From an uncultured Desulfobacter sp. (GTDB lineage Bacteria > Desulfobacterota > Desulfobacteria > Desulfobacterales > Desulfobacteraceae), in contig OY762069.1 in assembly GCA_963665095.1 (NCBI GenBank), positions 5,632,001 through 5,696,000 of the forward strand: a stretch of 64,000 bases of DNA, in the 5' to 3' direction. The stretch's first letter is position 1; each line of letters begins with the position of its first letter. The notes under the pieces are model-generated. The model was not told the DNA's origin. It was given only the letters and a program-made list of their open reading frames with translations, and did no database searches. Below are positions 49,516-59,749 of the stretch, piece after piece. The translations under genes and the position numbers were made by a program.

Positions 49516-51372
49516 TTATTCATGCAGTTCACCGGGCGGGATGCCGTTTTCATCCCAGCCCATGGCCTTGTAATACTCCTGGAGCATGGTCCTGAAATCG
49601 TTTCTGGAAATTTCAGGTGCTGCACTTTTTTTAAAAAACATCTCCGGCAAAGAGTCCTGCAAAGGTGCCGGGGCGTGCCTTAGGTTGAACCGTCTTTCAA
49701 TATCTGCGATCCTCATGCCGCTGTCATAAAGGGCGTCCCTGGTCAGATCCAGGTCACACAGCGCGTTGATCAATGGTATTTCATGCTCAAAGTTAAAGGA
49801 CCTGAGCAAAGAGAGCACCGGAACCTTGCAAAGGCCAAGGCTGTCTATCAGACAATTGTTTATAACGGCTTTCCGGATCAGCAGCCCCTTGGCGGATACT
49901 TTCTTAATATCCACCGCCTCCCTGCTGCCGAACGCTTTGACAGCCTCCTCTTCGGACATGGAATATTCCATGGATGCATAGACATTGTTGTAATCCCCAC
50001 CCCGGCTCGACACGGCATACCCCAATGCCGTGCCCATAATGGCCCCGGGGTGATAGGCGGTCAGTTCAAGCCCCTTGACATGGGCGGCATATGGCTCGGA
50101 GGCCTTACCAAACCGGTCTGCGGCCTGCTTCACACCCAGCCTGAGAATTTTTCCAAGCCCTTTATTCTGTACCATCTGAAACAGCAGCATTTTCATGGTC
50201 ACGGTATTGCCCCAGGTCAGATCAAGGCCTTCGGCAAGGGCTTCGGGCAAAAGTTTTCTATCAAAGAGATCCATGGCAAAGGCAATGACCGTGGCAGCCG
50301 ATGTCGAATCCATCCCCAGCCGGTTGCACAGATTGTCCAGTTCAATGACCTGCCGGATATCAGTGACACCGCATTTAGGTCCTAAATTGATCATGGGTTC
50401 AAATTCAGGCCGGGTAAAAGTCTTCTGTCCGGCATCCTTAAATACCAGATCGGCCTTGCACTGGACCGGACACCGGAAGCATCCGCTGGATTTTCGGATA
50501 TTCTTCTCTAAATTTTTCCCGTCAAGTTTGGAAATATAGTCTACTTCCAGGCCCGAATAATTTTTAGACCCCATGATGCCGAAATCATTCACCCAGGCCA
50601 CGTAACCAGCGCCCCCCAGACGGGAAAAGGTATCAAATTCCGGTGATTGCCTTATAAGCCGGACATAGTCCTGAACCGCTTTTTTCTGAACCGGTGTGAC
50701 TGCGGGAAAATTCTTATGGGAGCCTTTTTCAATCACAATGGCTTTTAAATTTTTAGCCCCCATCACGGCCCCCATGCCGGTGCGGCCGGCTGCATGATCC
50801 TTTCCACTGATAATGGCTGCAAACCGGACCAGATTTTCTCCTGCAGGGCCGATCACCAGTGTTTTGATCTTTTTGTGCCCATGCTTTGCGTTCAACAAAT
50901 TTTGGGCTTCAATGGTCTGTTTACCCCACAAATCTTGCGCATCGGCCAGATGGATATCATGGGGATTTATATAAAGGTAGACCGGACGGACTGATTTGCC
51001 GGTGATAATAATGGACGCAATATTACAGGACCGGAGCCAGGCCCCTGCATAGCCGCCGATGTTTGAACTGCCCAGGATGCCTGTGAGCGGCGACAGGGAA
51101 TTTATGTGCAGCCGGGAAGAGGCCGGTGCGGCAGAACCGGTTAATAAACCGCAGGAGATTAGCAGAATATTATCTTCACCCAGGGGATCCGTACCTTTTT
51201 CAAGGTGATTAAATAAATACCATATGTTGAACCCGCGTCCCCCTAAAAAGGATTTGCCTGTTTCAGAAAACTTGACCAAAGAGATGGTGCCGGCTGTCAG
51301 GTTTACATGAAGCAGATGTCCAAAATTGTGGGTGCCCTTTTTGTGCATTCTTTTCTTTCTATACCACTCCAC
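49516..51372 (-). CDS. Aldehyde:ferredoxin oxidoreductase (W/Mo-pterin AOR family); start may be 51348
   Basis: FLGGRG, SPLTG, IGPAGE, AAGRTGMGAVMGAKNLKA, CFRCPVQC, DSLGLC. Confidence 0.92.
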   Translation of the reverse strand: MEWYRKKRMHKKGTHNFGHLLHVNLTAGTISLVKFSETGKSFLGGRGFNIWYLFNHLEKGTDPLGEDNILLISCGLLTGSAAPASSRLHINSLSPLTGILGSSNIGGYAGAWLRSCNIASIIITGKSVRPVYLYINPHDIHLADAQDLWGKQTIEAQNLLNAKHGHKKIKTLVIGPAGENLVRFAAIISGKDHAAGRTGMGAVMGAKNLKAIVIEKGSHKNFPAVTPVQKKAVQDYVRLIRQSPEFDTFSRLGGAGYVAWVNDFGIMGSKNYSGLEVDYISKLDGKNLEKNIRKSSGCFRCPVQCKADLVFKDAGQKTFTRPEFEPMINLGPKCGVTDIRQVIELDNLCNRLGMDSTSAATVIAFAMDLFDRKLLPEALAEGLDLTWGNTVTMKMLLFQMVQNKGLGKILRLGVKQAADRFGKASEPYAAHVKGLELTAYHPGAIMGTALGYAVSSRGGDYNNVYASMEYSMSEEEAVKAFGSREAVDIKKVSAKGLLIRKAVINNCLIDSLGLCKVPVLSLLRSFNFEHEIPLINALCDLDLTRDALYDSGMRIADIERRFNLRHAPAPLQDSLPEMFFKKSAAPEISRNDFRTMLQEYYKAMGWDENGIPPGELHE

Positions 51373-51569
51373 ACAGGGTTGATACCGGATCTGTTCCCCA
51401 AAACGGCCAATCTTATTTAAGGTAACTGTTGTTCTGTATCATTTCATGGCATTGCTATCAATATCTTGCATAATAAATATTTTTAATTTTTTTTTTGAGA
51501 CACCTAAATATTAAATTGATATATCAGAATATCTTTTTAATATAAATTACTATAATTTTTTTGCTGTAC

Positions 51570-51730
51570 TAAGGCATTGCACAGAAATAAATTATGCAGA
51601 TTGCGCCGAATTTTTATTCGTATTTAAGGCGGGGCAATGCGCGCATAACGAGCTATGTAAGTGTTGCCCCAACGAAAAATCCGGATAAAAAGGCAAGCAA
51701 GATGTGTGATTTATTTTGTTGCAATGCCTA
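51570..51730. repeat. Palindromic MITE/REPIN-like element, copy B
   Basis: TIRs taaggcattgcacagaaataaat / atttattttgttgcaatgccta; shares ttgcgccgaatttt and aaaaggcaagcaagatgtg with 1675..1837. Confidence 0.75.
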
Positions 51731-51844
51731 AGGTAAAAGAAATGAAAAATTCAGCCGGATTATCCTTGATTTTTAAGAGGACCACCCGGCTGAAGCTTGA
51801 TCAAGAAAGGCGATTGCGTGGTTTTTTATGCAGTATGTTCTGCT

Positions 51845-53017
51845 TTATTCTTTTAGAATTGCAGGTTTGGTCACCAGCTGGTATCCCCCCAGACACACCG
51901 CAAATACAAGGATGGCGGCCGCGGCAATGGTCCATGGTGCTTTCGGCCCGGACAGGTTGAACAGGTTTGTGGCAAAAGACAAAACAAAGGGAGATGCAAA
52001 CTGACCCAGGCCCGTGAAGACCACATACACTGACAGGGCAAGGGTGGATGCGGTTTTATGGGCGCTGTTGATGATCTTTAAGGTGAAATCCGGGTTGTAG
52101 AGGCCGAATCCCATGCCGAACAATGCGGCTGCCAGGTTGAATACCATCAGGGAGTCTGCATGAAGCATAATGAAAAAAGCAGTTCCCACACACCCGATGG
52201 CCAGTGTGATGGTAAATCGCTTTAACAGCAGTGACACTTTGCCGAATATCAGGCCGGCCACAAAGGCGGCGGCTGTGAATACCGTAAGAATCACACCGGC
52301 CTGTGTGGCATTGCCCGCCCCCGTGGTTGTCAGGACAATGGCGATATTGGTCATGAATGAAAACTGCAGGATATTGTAAAAGGCATTCATGATGGAAAGC
52401 AGATAGGTTCTGGCGGTAAGCCGGCTTTTGGTGTTTGCAGTACTGTCTAAGGTTTTAATTCCCGGGTCCGGCAGCCTTGCCCATATCAAAAGGGCAATGG
52501 GGAGCACCAGCAGAAATCCTAAAAATGCAAACCGCCAGTTGATGGCGGCAAGATACCCACCCAGCATCTGAAAAACAACACCGGCCATGGCCCCCACCGA
52601 GCTTTTAAACCCCATCAGTTTATCCCGTTCCCGGCCTTCAAACAGATCCGCGATGATGGAGGACGCCAGCGGAAAGACCATGCCATACCCAGCCCCGAAA
52701 ACAGCCCGCATGAGCAGAATAAAGGTAACCCCGCCGAAAAATGCCGGCATTATCCCGCCGCAAAAAAGCAGGCACAGCGCTATGTACAATATTTTCTTTG
52801 AACTTAAGAATCGTTCCAGCTGACCGCACACAAAGGAAAATATAACCATCATCAAAGAGGGGATGGTGGCGATCATTTTTATTTTATCCGGGCTGACATC
52901 GGGGAATGCTTTGGCGATCTCCCCTAAAGCAGGCGTGGTCATGGCCGTGGTATACATCAGCAGGGCCACAGAGAGGACTGCAGTTTTGGTCAGAGCATCA
53001 TATCTGGATTCGGGCAT
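51845..53017 (-). CDS. MFS transporter
   Basis: ~12 hydrophobic segments, RAVFGAGYG, IADLFEGRER. Confidence 0.9.
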   Translation of the reverse strand: MPESRYDALTKTAVLSVALLMYTTAMTTPALGEIAKAFPDVSPDKIKMIATIPSLMMVIFSFVCGQLERFLSSKKILYIALCLLFCGGIMPAFFGGVTFILLMRAVFGAGYGMVFPLASSIIADLFEGRERDKLMGFKSSVGAMAGVVFQMLGGYLAAINWRFAFLGFLLVLPIALLIWARLPDPGIKTLDSTANTKSRLTARTYLLSIMNAFYNILQFSFMTNIAIVLTTTGAGNATQAGVILTVFTAAAFVAGLIFGKVSLLLKRFTITLAIGCVGTAFFIMLHADSLMVFNLAAALFGMGFGLYNPDFTLKIINSAHKTASTLALSVYVVFTGLGQFASPFVLSFATNLFNLSGPKAPWTIAAAAILVFAVCLGGYQLVTKPAILKE

Positions 53018-53553
53018 GGATGTTTCCTTTTAAAAAAACTGTTACAGACAGTAATGTACAATCATTGTGGCGGGTTAAAGTATTGTGTTAAAGGGGACCG
53101 ACCAAAGCTTAACATCTCCCAGCTTGATTTAAGACTTGGCAGTCCGTCAGTTGTCTCCTCCTTAAATTAACAGGGCAGCATTCATACGACCCATTGACCT
53201 CAAATATCTATTTTTAATTTCCAATCGTTTCCCAACTAAAGGTTTCATATACTTCTCTATAGGAGTTGTCAATTGATTTTAATAAGTTTTCACTAAGATT
53301 TACAAATCAGCCCTGCTTTTACATTGACAGATGAATCATAAAGCTGTTAGTAATCATGATCCCAGCTATGCCGGAAATATATCGGCAAAAAAGAACCATC
53401 TACCTAAATTCCAATCATTTTCCATCTTTATTAACATTTACAGATTTATAAGGCGTTGAGTAATGCGATGGCCTGAATGGCTCTCTTTTTAACGCTTTCC
53501 TGAAATTAAACCGATACAATAAAATTGTAGAATGTGCATTTAAGGAGCTGACT

Positions 53554-54621
53554 ATGAGCAAGATAACAGAAAGAGAAAACTTTTTTCGAATGATTCACCG
53601 GGAATCACCTGAATTTGTACCCTATCAGCCGGGTCTTCTGCAGATGGTGCTGCCTTCCGCCCTTCTGGATCGCCCGGAGGGGCATGTGGCAGGTTATGAC
53701 TGGTTTGGGGTACACTGGAGCGAGGATCCAAGCCTTCCCATGATGCTGATGGCCACGGTAAATGTCCCCCCGGTGCTTGATGATGTCTGCGACTGGGAGG
53801 AAAAAATCAAATGGCCGGATCTGGATGCCATTGACTGGGAGGCGTGTGCCAGAAAAGATGTTCCCGAAAAGGACCCGTCAAAGATTCTTTGTGCCATGAT
53901 GGTGTCCGGCCCTTTTGAGCGCCTTCATGACCTGATGGGATTTGAAGACGCCCTTTGCGCACTGATGACCGATCCTGAAGAGTGCAGTGCTTTTTTCAGT
54001 CGTCTGTGTGATTTTAAAATTGAACAGCTCAAGTATCTGAAAAAATACTATGACGTGGATATGGTCCACTTCCAGGATGACTGGGGAAGCCAGAAGGATC
54101 TGTTTTTTAACCCGGATATCTGGCGCAGCCTGATCAAACCCCATGTTCAGCGGGTGATAGACGCTGCCCACGACTTAGGTATCTATTTTGACATGCACTC
54201 CTGCGGAAAAATTGATCGCATTCTGGATGATATCATTGGAATGGGGGTGGATGTTCTGGATCCGGTTCAACCCATTAATGAACTTGACGTATGGGCACAA
54301 AAGTACAGTGGAAAGGTTATTTTCATGGGCGCGTTGGATGCCCAGAATGTTGTGGACAAAACAGGTGTCACCCAGGAGGAGATTGCCCGGGAGGTGCAGG
54401 AAAAGATTGATCTGTTTGCCAAAGACGGATATTTTATTCCTTTTTGTGTGGGACTCTCCCGAAAGGTCGGCAATGCTTTGGATGAATCATATATCTATGG
54501 GAGAACCTTTTATTCCGACAAATATGCCGATGATGTCGCCGCATTTATTAAACATCTTGAAACTAAAAAAGAGCCTGAAGCGCCTTCAGTGGTGCCGGGC
54601 ACTGATCTGAACCCAAGTTAG
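53554..54621 (+). CDS. URO-D/MtaA-family protein
   Basis: DWFGVHW, GPFERLH, FQDDWGSQ, MHSCG; AAGGAG RBS. Confidence 0.85.
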   Translation: MSKITERENFFRMIHRESPEFVPYQPGLLQMVLPSALLDRPEGHVAGYDWFGVHWSEDPSLPMMLMATVNVPPVLDDVCDWEEKIKWPDLDAIDWEACARKDVPEKDPSKILCAMMVSGPFERLHDLMGFEDALCALMTDPEECSAFFSRLCDFKIEQLKYLKKYYDVDMVHFQDDWGSQKDLFFNPDIWRSLIKPHVQRVIDAAHDLGIYFDMHSCGKIDRILDDIIGMGVDVLDPVQPINELDVWAQKYSGKVIFMGALDAQNVVDKTGVTQEEIAREVQEKIDLFAKDGYFIPFCVGLSRKVGNALDESYIYGRTFYSDKYADDVAAFIKHLETKKEPEAPSVVPGTDLNPS

Positions 54622-54631
54622 CCTTTTTACA

Positions 54632-54669
54632 TGGCATTGCCCCCTTGTCTTCCCACAGGGGCAATGCCA
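54632..54669. terminator. Terminator hairpin between convergent URO-D genes
   Basis: tggcattgcccc...ggggcaatgcca stem. Confidence 0.7.
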
Positions 54670-54806
54670 CAAAAAAACATAGTCCGGCCAAAAAGTCATA
54701 TAGCTGACTTCAGACATATCAAAAAAAATGGCGCAGCACTATCGGCTGCGCCAATGTAACACCCGAAGACGGCCAGGAAAAAATATTCATGGCCTGTTTG
54801 AACGTG

Positions 54807-55862
54807 TTATTTTGCGTAGAATTCGCTGGAATAATTGTAGAGCTCGCGATAGGCAGCCCTGCGAATGGCCTCATCCTGAACCAGGAAATCAATGGATCCG
54901 GCAATCACCTTTCCTCTTGGGGCATATTTGTCCACAAACTTTCTGACAACTTCCCGGGTCTCTTTTTCTGTTTTGGCATCGGCAAGTCCCTCGATATCAA
55001 CCACCAAAGCGATTTTTTCGCCATATTTTGCCGTAAGCATGTCAAGGTCGTTGATGGGTTGAGGATTCCATGAATCCAGGCCCATCTCGATGATCTCTTC
55101 GATATACTGCTGGGTCATGCCGCAGGAGTGCAGTTCCACGAATCGGCCTGTGGCGTGAATATAATCAATAACCTGCTTTGTATGGGGCATTAGAAACTCG
55201 CGAAACATTTCATTTGAAAAGAAACCGTGTTTCTGGGTTCCCCAGTCATCCCCGTAAATAACATAATCAATGGGGTCGTAGTACTTGAAAACCTTTTCAA
55301 GACACTTGATTTTATACGGCACCATGGCCTCAAAAAAGGATTTTACCGCTTCCGGCTCTTCGTACATGGCCACCAGGGTCTCATCCATGGGCATCAGTTC
55401 ATGCAGACGTTCAAAAATGCCCTCGGTGCAGTGAAACAGATGGGCTCGGCCCGGATCAAACCGCTGGGTCTGAAGCTTGCCGTCCCCTTCCCAGTCCACC
55501 GCATCCAGATCTGGAAACGTGACCTGTTCCTGCCATTTGGTGATGTCATAAATGATCCGGGTGCCGGGTTTGGGCATGGCACCGCCGGCAACATCAATGA
55601 ACACCCACTCCTGCCCAAACCAGTCCGGCCCGTCCGCCTCATACGGCGCGTGCTCCGCATAGACATCAGGCCAGCAGTACTGGCTGTCCACCAGGTTCAC
55701 CGGCATCCACGCAGGTTTTTCTCCTTTAAATATACGCAGAAGGTTTTCTTTAGGTGTAATAGGCCGATCCCCTGGATCAAGGGGCTTGGGCGGCTGCTGC
55801 GCCATCCAGGGAAATGTTGCTTCCGGTTGTTTTGACGGTGGAATTTTGTCGTAATCAATCAT
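54807..55862 (-). CDS. URO-D/MtaA-family protein
   Basis: DWFGQEW, GIFERLH, YGDDWGTQ, LHSCG. Confidence 0.85.
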   Translation of the reverse strand: MIDYDKIPPSKQPEATFPWMAQQPPKPLDPGDRPITPKENLLRIFKGEKPAWMPVNLVDSQYCWPDVYAEHAPYEADGPDWFGQEWVFIDVAGGAMPKPGTRIIYDITKWQEQVTFPDLDAVDWEGDGKLQTQRFDPGRAHLFHCTEGIFERLHELMPMDETLVAMYEEPEAVKSFFEAMVPYKIKCLEKVFKYYDPIDYVIYGDDWGTQKHGFFSNEMFREFLMPHTKQVIDYIHATGRFVELHSCGMTQQYIEEIIEMGLDSWNPQPINDLDMLTAKYGEKIALVVDIEGLADAKTEKETREVVRKFVDKYAPRGKVIAGSIDFLVQDEAIRRAAYRELYNYSSEFYAK

Positions 55863-55939
55863 GCTGGTACCCTCATTAAGATTATAAATGAAACCGTTGA
55901 ACCACCTGTGGTTTTGGATGATTCATCTGACAGACTGCC

Positions 55940-56071
55940 AATTGGTGTTTGAACGGCTCGACGAGGGGCGCATGCCCACAAAGTCACCCAAATGCAGCTT
56001 TGCTTGCGCCTTGCATCTGGGCAACTTTGCGTCCAAGCACCAAACAAGGGGATTTCGTTCAGGCACCAATT
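55940..56071. repeat. Palindromic MITE-like element
   Basis: 16-bp TIR aattggtgtttgaacg / cgttcaggcaccaatt; inner IR caaagtcacccaaatgca / tgcatctgggcaactttg. Confidence 0.7.
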
Positions 56072-56366
56072 AGATTCACAGCCTGTTTGTTAATAGAAAA
56101 AAGCGGTCCCGGGTGTAAAGCCGATAAAATGTCAAAAAAATCACTTTAAAACCATACATATTGTATGCAGATGCGATTCACCCCCCATTATTCCGGAAGG
56201 TTATAAGTATACAATTTGTATTTCCTGGAATGATGGATCAGGCATCCTGTTCGGTTCTCATTTAAATCAGTCTGCCTTGAACAGGATTTGCTCTTTAGAT
56301 TAAATCGGGATGTCTTAATTTAGGGGGGACCGGCCTGGCGGACGAAGAAGGGCCACTGAATTAGAA

Positions 56367-56768
56367 TCAGCTGATAATTTTGCCTGTATTACGCTCCACA
56401 CGAATAGCCCTGTCATCGTACAGGCGCTCCATGTAGAAATCCTTGATATTGGTGATTTCCAGGCCGCCAAGCCCGTTTTGAGCCAGCCAGGCCTGGATCT
56501 TGGGGATTTGTGCGGGATCACCGGCTCTGGCCGTAAAAATTTTAACCCGGATGCCACTGCTCACCATGCGCTGGACTTGTTCAACCATAACCGGCACCGG
56601 CGGGCCAATGCGGTCCAGGGAGGAACGGCTGTTCCAGACAGCCAGGGTGCCGTCCAGATCCACACCGAACCATGGCTCTGTGGAGTGCGGGTTATGGGCA
56701 GGCGGATCTGGTTCCCGACTGCCCGGGTCATCCTTTTTGGTGAATATTTTTTTTACTGATGAAAACAT
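56367..56768 (-). CDS. Small HAD-like protein
   Basis: GVDLDGTLA, IFTAR, YDDRA. Confidence 0.75.
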   Translation of the reverse strand: MFSSVKKIFTKKDDPGSREPDPPAHNPHSTEPWFGVDLDGTLAVWNSRSSLDRIGPPVPVMVEQVQRMVSSGIRVKIFTARAGDPAQIPKIQAWLAQNGLGGLEITNIKDFYMERLYDDRAIRVERNTGKIIS

Positions 56769-56788
56769 TGGTTTCCCTGTTTTGAACC

Positions 56789-57859
56789 CTATACGGAGAA
56801 CCGGATATTTAAAATATCTCCGTCCTGCACCACATACTCTTTACCCTCCACATAGAACTTACCGGCCTTTTTAAGCTCCGCTTCAGACCCCAGTTCAATG
56901 AGTTCATCATATTTAAACACTTCGGCCCGGATAAAGCCACGCTCAAGATCAGAGTGGATGACACCTGCGGCCGTAGGCGCTTTGGCCTCTTTTCTGACCA
57001 GCCACTGCCGGACCTCATCCTTGCCCACGGTGAAAAAGGAGATCAGGTTCAAGGATTTCAGACACAAAGAGGTTAACGTCTCCAGGGCCGTGGAGGTGAT
57101 GCCCAGGTCCTCAAGAAACTCCTGCTTCTCATCTGCACTGTCCAGCATGGCAATTTCCGCCTCCACCTTGGCCGACACCAGCATGGCTTCAATATTCAAA
57201 GTTTCACAACTGGCTTTAAATGCGTCCAGTATCTCTGTGTTGCCAAGATCATCCTCAGCCACATTCACTGCCACCACCAGTTTCTTTAAGGTAATAAAAG
57301 GATAAGAACGAATCAGTTTTTCCTCATCTTCGGACAGCTCCAAAAGCCGCAAAGGCTGTTCCTTCTCCAGATGCGCCAGCATCTTTTCCATGAGCGTCAG
57401 CTCTTTTTTCTGGTCCTCATCCTTGATCTTTTTCACCATGGCGGAAAGCCGTTCAATCCGCTTCTCCACAAAGATCTGGTCATGCATCACAAGCTCGGAA
57501 TTGACCATATCAAAGTCCCGCAGGGCATCCACAGATCCTTCGGCATGGTAGACCGCTTCATCTTCAAAGGCCCGGACCACATGGCAGATGGCATCCATAT
57601 CGGCAATATCTTTAAATATATCCCCCTTTGAAATGGTTTCGGCTTCCATCTTGGGCAGCAATACCAGATCCAGACGGGCCATCACCTCTTTTTTAGGAGA
57701 ATACATCTCCACCAGCCGGTTAAACCTGGAATCCAGAATATCTGCTGTGCCCGGGACCGGTTTAAATGCTTTGGCCGGATCTGTTATCTCGTTGCCCGTC
57801 AGAATCTGAAACAATGTCTTCTTCCCTGTCTGGGGAAGCCCGATAATACCTACCTTCAT
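56789..57859 (-). CDS. ychF: YchF/Obg-like ATPase (divergent P-loop)
   Basis: KVGIIGLP, HVVRAF, FFTVG..EVR.W, AAGVIHSDLERGFIRAEV, EGKEYVVQDGD. Confidence 0.9.
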   Translation of the reverse strand: MKVGIIGLPQTGKKTLFQILTGNEITDPAKAFKPVPGTADILDSRFNRLVEMYSPKKEVMARLDLVLLPKMEAETISKGDIFKDIADMDAICHVVRAFEDEAVYHAEGSVDALRDFDMVNSELVMHDQIFVEKRIERLSAMVKKIKDEDQKKELTLMEKMLAHLEKEQPLRLLELSEDEEKLIRSYPFITLKKLVVAVNVAEDDLGNTEILDAFKASCETLNIEAMLVSAKVEAEIAMLDSADEKQEFLEDLGITSTALETLTSLCLKSLNLISFFTVGKDEVRQWLVRKEAKAPTAAGVIHSDLERGFIRAEVFKYDELIELGSEAELKKAGKFYVEGKEYVVQDGDILNIRFSV

Positions 57860-57914
57860 AATATGGTGTTTGTCCTTGTTTTTATTTTATAATTGTCACT
57901 GGGCCGCCAGTTGA

Positions 57915-58787
57915 TCACAGCAGAATATCCAAACTCTCAAAAATGTCTGACGGCATTACTCGTTTTCTTACGGAATCCATTTGAATACGGGTTGCCACAT
58001 TGCGGTCATCATGGGGAAATACCAGCACGGCATCTTCGGCAAGAGCCCGGTCCAGCATCAGCTTTTTTTCATCCACCAGGGTTTCCACGGCCCGGTCATA
58101 TCCCATGGTAATGGGCAGATTCACCCAGGGCAGCCCCGGTACCAGATCGCCGGTGTAAATAACCGTGCCGCCCTGAACACGTATCCAGGAAACCAGCATG
58201 CCCGGTGTATGCCCATGGCTCTGGGTAAACTCAATATCCAGGTGCCCCACTGTCAGGTGGTCGCCGTCCCGCTTCAGCATGAGGCGGCCTGTGGCCTGGA
58301 GTTTTTCAGCCAGTCCTGGAACAAATGAGGCCCGGTCTCTGTGATGGGGTGCTTTGGAGCGTTTAAAATTCTCCTCGCCTGCAATATAAAGGGCCTGGGG
58401 GAAAAGCAGTTCAGGCTCCCGGTCCGGCTGCCAGGCGCTTAAAAGCCCACCCGCATGATCAAAATGCAAATGAGACAACACCACATGGGTGATATCTGAA
58501 TCTTTCAGCCCCTGTGCGGCCAGGGATTCCAGCAGTACATGGGACGACTGCCTGACGGCAAACCGCTCTTTCATATCAGGGGACAGATACGCACCACAGC
58601 CGGTTTCAAACAGAAGATTATAGCTTCCGGCCTTAACCAGCAGACAGTTTGAGGCAATATCAATCATATTCCTATCATCCGCCGGCATCCATTTTTCCCA
58701 CAACGCCTTGGGCGCGTTGCCAAACATGCTGCCGCCGTCCAGTCTCATGCCATTGCCTTTGATTACAGTAAATGAGGTCTTTTGCAT
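57915..58787 (-). CDS. MBL-fold metallo-hydrolase
   Basis: LDGGSMFG, SHLHFDHAGG, GHTPG. Confidence 0.9.
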   Translation of the reverse strand: MQKTSFTVIKGNGMRLDGGSMFGNAPKALWEKWMPADDRNMIDIASNCLLVKAGSYNLLFETGCGAYLSPDMKERFAVRQSSHVLLESLAAQGLKDSDITHVVLSHLHFDHAGGLLSAWQPDREPELLFPQALYIAGEENFKRSKAPHHRDRASFVPGLAEKLQATGRLMLKRDGDHLTVGHLDIEFTQSHGHTPGMLVSWIRVQGGTVIYTGDLVPGLPWVNLPITMGYDRAVETLVDEKKLMLDRALAEDAVLVFPHDDRNVATRIQMDSVRKRVMPSDIFESLDILL

Positions 58788-58825
58788 ACAGCTGTCAACT
58801 CCTGATAGCTTTTAGAAATTCTGAT

Positions 58826-59131
58826 TCAGCTCAGCTTGATTTTGCGTTTTTCCGGATCTGAATGGCTGCGAAAAAGGACAGCCACATGGCCTATGGTGCC
58901 GGCTATATGACAATGAAGCTGTTTTGCGACCTCATCCAGCAGGGCCGCTTTCACCTCTTTGTCCTTGTGGTCAATGAATTTTATCTTGATCAGTTCAGAC
59001 GCATTCAGGGCGTTTTCTACCTCCTGAATAAATGAGTCTGTCAACCCTTTCGCCCCGACCAGGGCCGCAGGGTTCAGGTTGTGGGCAAGCCCTCTTAAAT
59101 ATTTGCGCTGTGCGCCGGTAAGTTCTGTCAC
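58826..59131 (-). CDS. yhbY: YhbY RNA-binding protein (CRM domain)
   Basis: LTGAQRKYLRGLAHNLNP, ELIKIK, TIGHVAVLFR. Confidence 0.92.
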   Translation of the reverse strand: MTELTGAQRKYLRGLAHNLNPAALVGAKGLTDSFIQEVENALNASELIKIKFIDHKDKEVKAALLDEVAKQLHCHIAGTIGHVAVLFRSHSDPEKRKIKLS

Positions 59132-59217
59132 GCTACATCCTTCAATAAAATATTTATTTTCAAATCAGGCATATTAACATAAATCAGATGAATGTGAATA
59201 CCCTGATCATCCTGTCA

Positions 59218-59709
59218 TCATACAGTAAGGGCACAGAAAAGGTCTTCCATTTCAGAGCGAAGCCGTTTGATTCGCTCCATTTCGACAAACAAAGACCGGC
59301 ATTGAAAAAGTGTTTTCTGTTCGGGGCAGAAATACCAGGAGCAGACAAAGGGACGCTGAGACCGGGGCAAATCACACCCGTTTGATGTTAAATGGCAGCA
59401 CTGTTTTCCAGCGGATGTATTAACCCTGAAAATCTGATGGTCTGGCAAAGGAGCTGGTCCGAAAAACAGATAAATAAGATCTTTTAAATCATACCAGATG
59501 GTGGCACGGGTACAACAGTTGTCCTGACATTCAGGACAGGTAATGTCACAAAGCAGGTCAACATCGCGGTCTACCCCCTCAAGGCAACGGTAGATATGAC
59601 AGGCCATTTCACGTATCGGCAAAAGCGATAGACCGGGACGGCCGTTTAGAACAGCCAGAGAAGATATGGCCTCACGGAATTTGGCCTGTTCTGCCCAGGG
59701 AATATTCAT
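59218..59709 (-). CDS. CxxCxxxCC (YkgJ-like) cysteine-cluster protein
   Basis: CPECQDNCC...CCHLTSNGC...RPFVCSWYFC. Confidence 0.75.
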   Translation of the reverse strand: MNIPWAEQAKFREAISSLAVLNGRPGLSLLPIREMACHIYRCLEGVDRDVDLLCDITCPECQDNCCTRATIWYDLKDLIYLFFGPAPLPDHQIFRVNTSAGKQCCHLTSNGCDLPRSQRPFVCSWYFCPEQKTLFQCRSLFVEMERIKRLRSEMEDLFCALTV

Positions 59710-59749
59710 GATTCAAACGCCGGCAATGTATTTGCGAGAATAAGACCCA

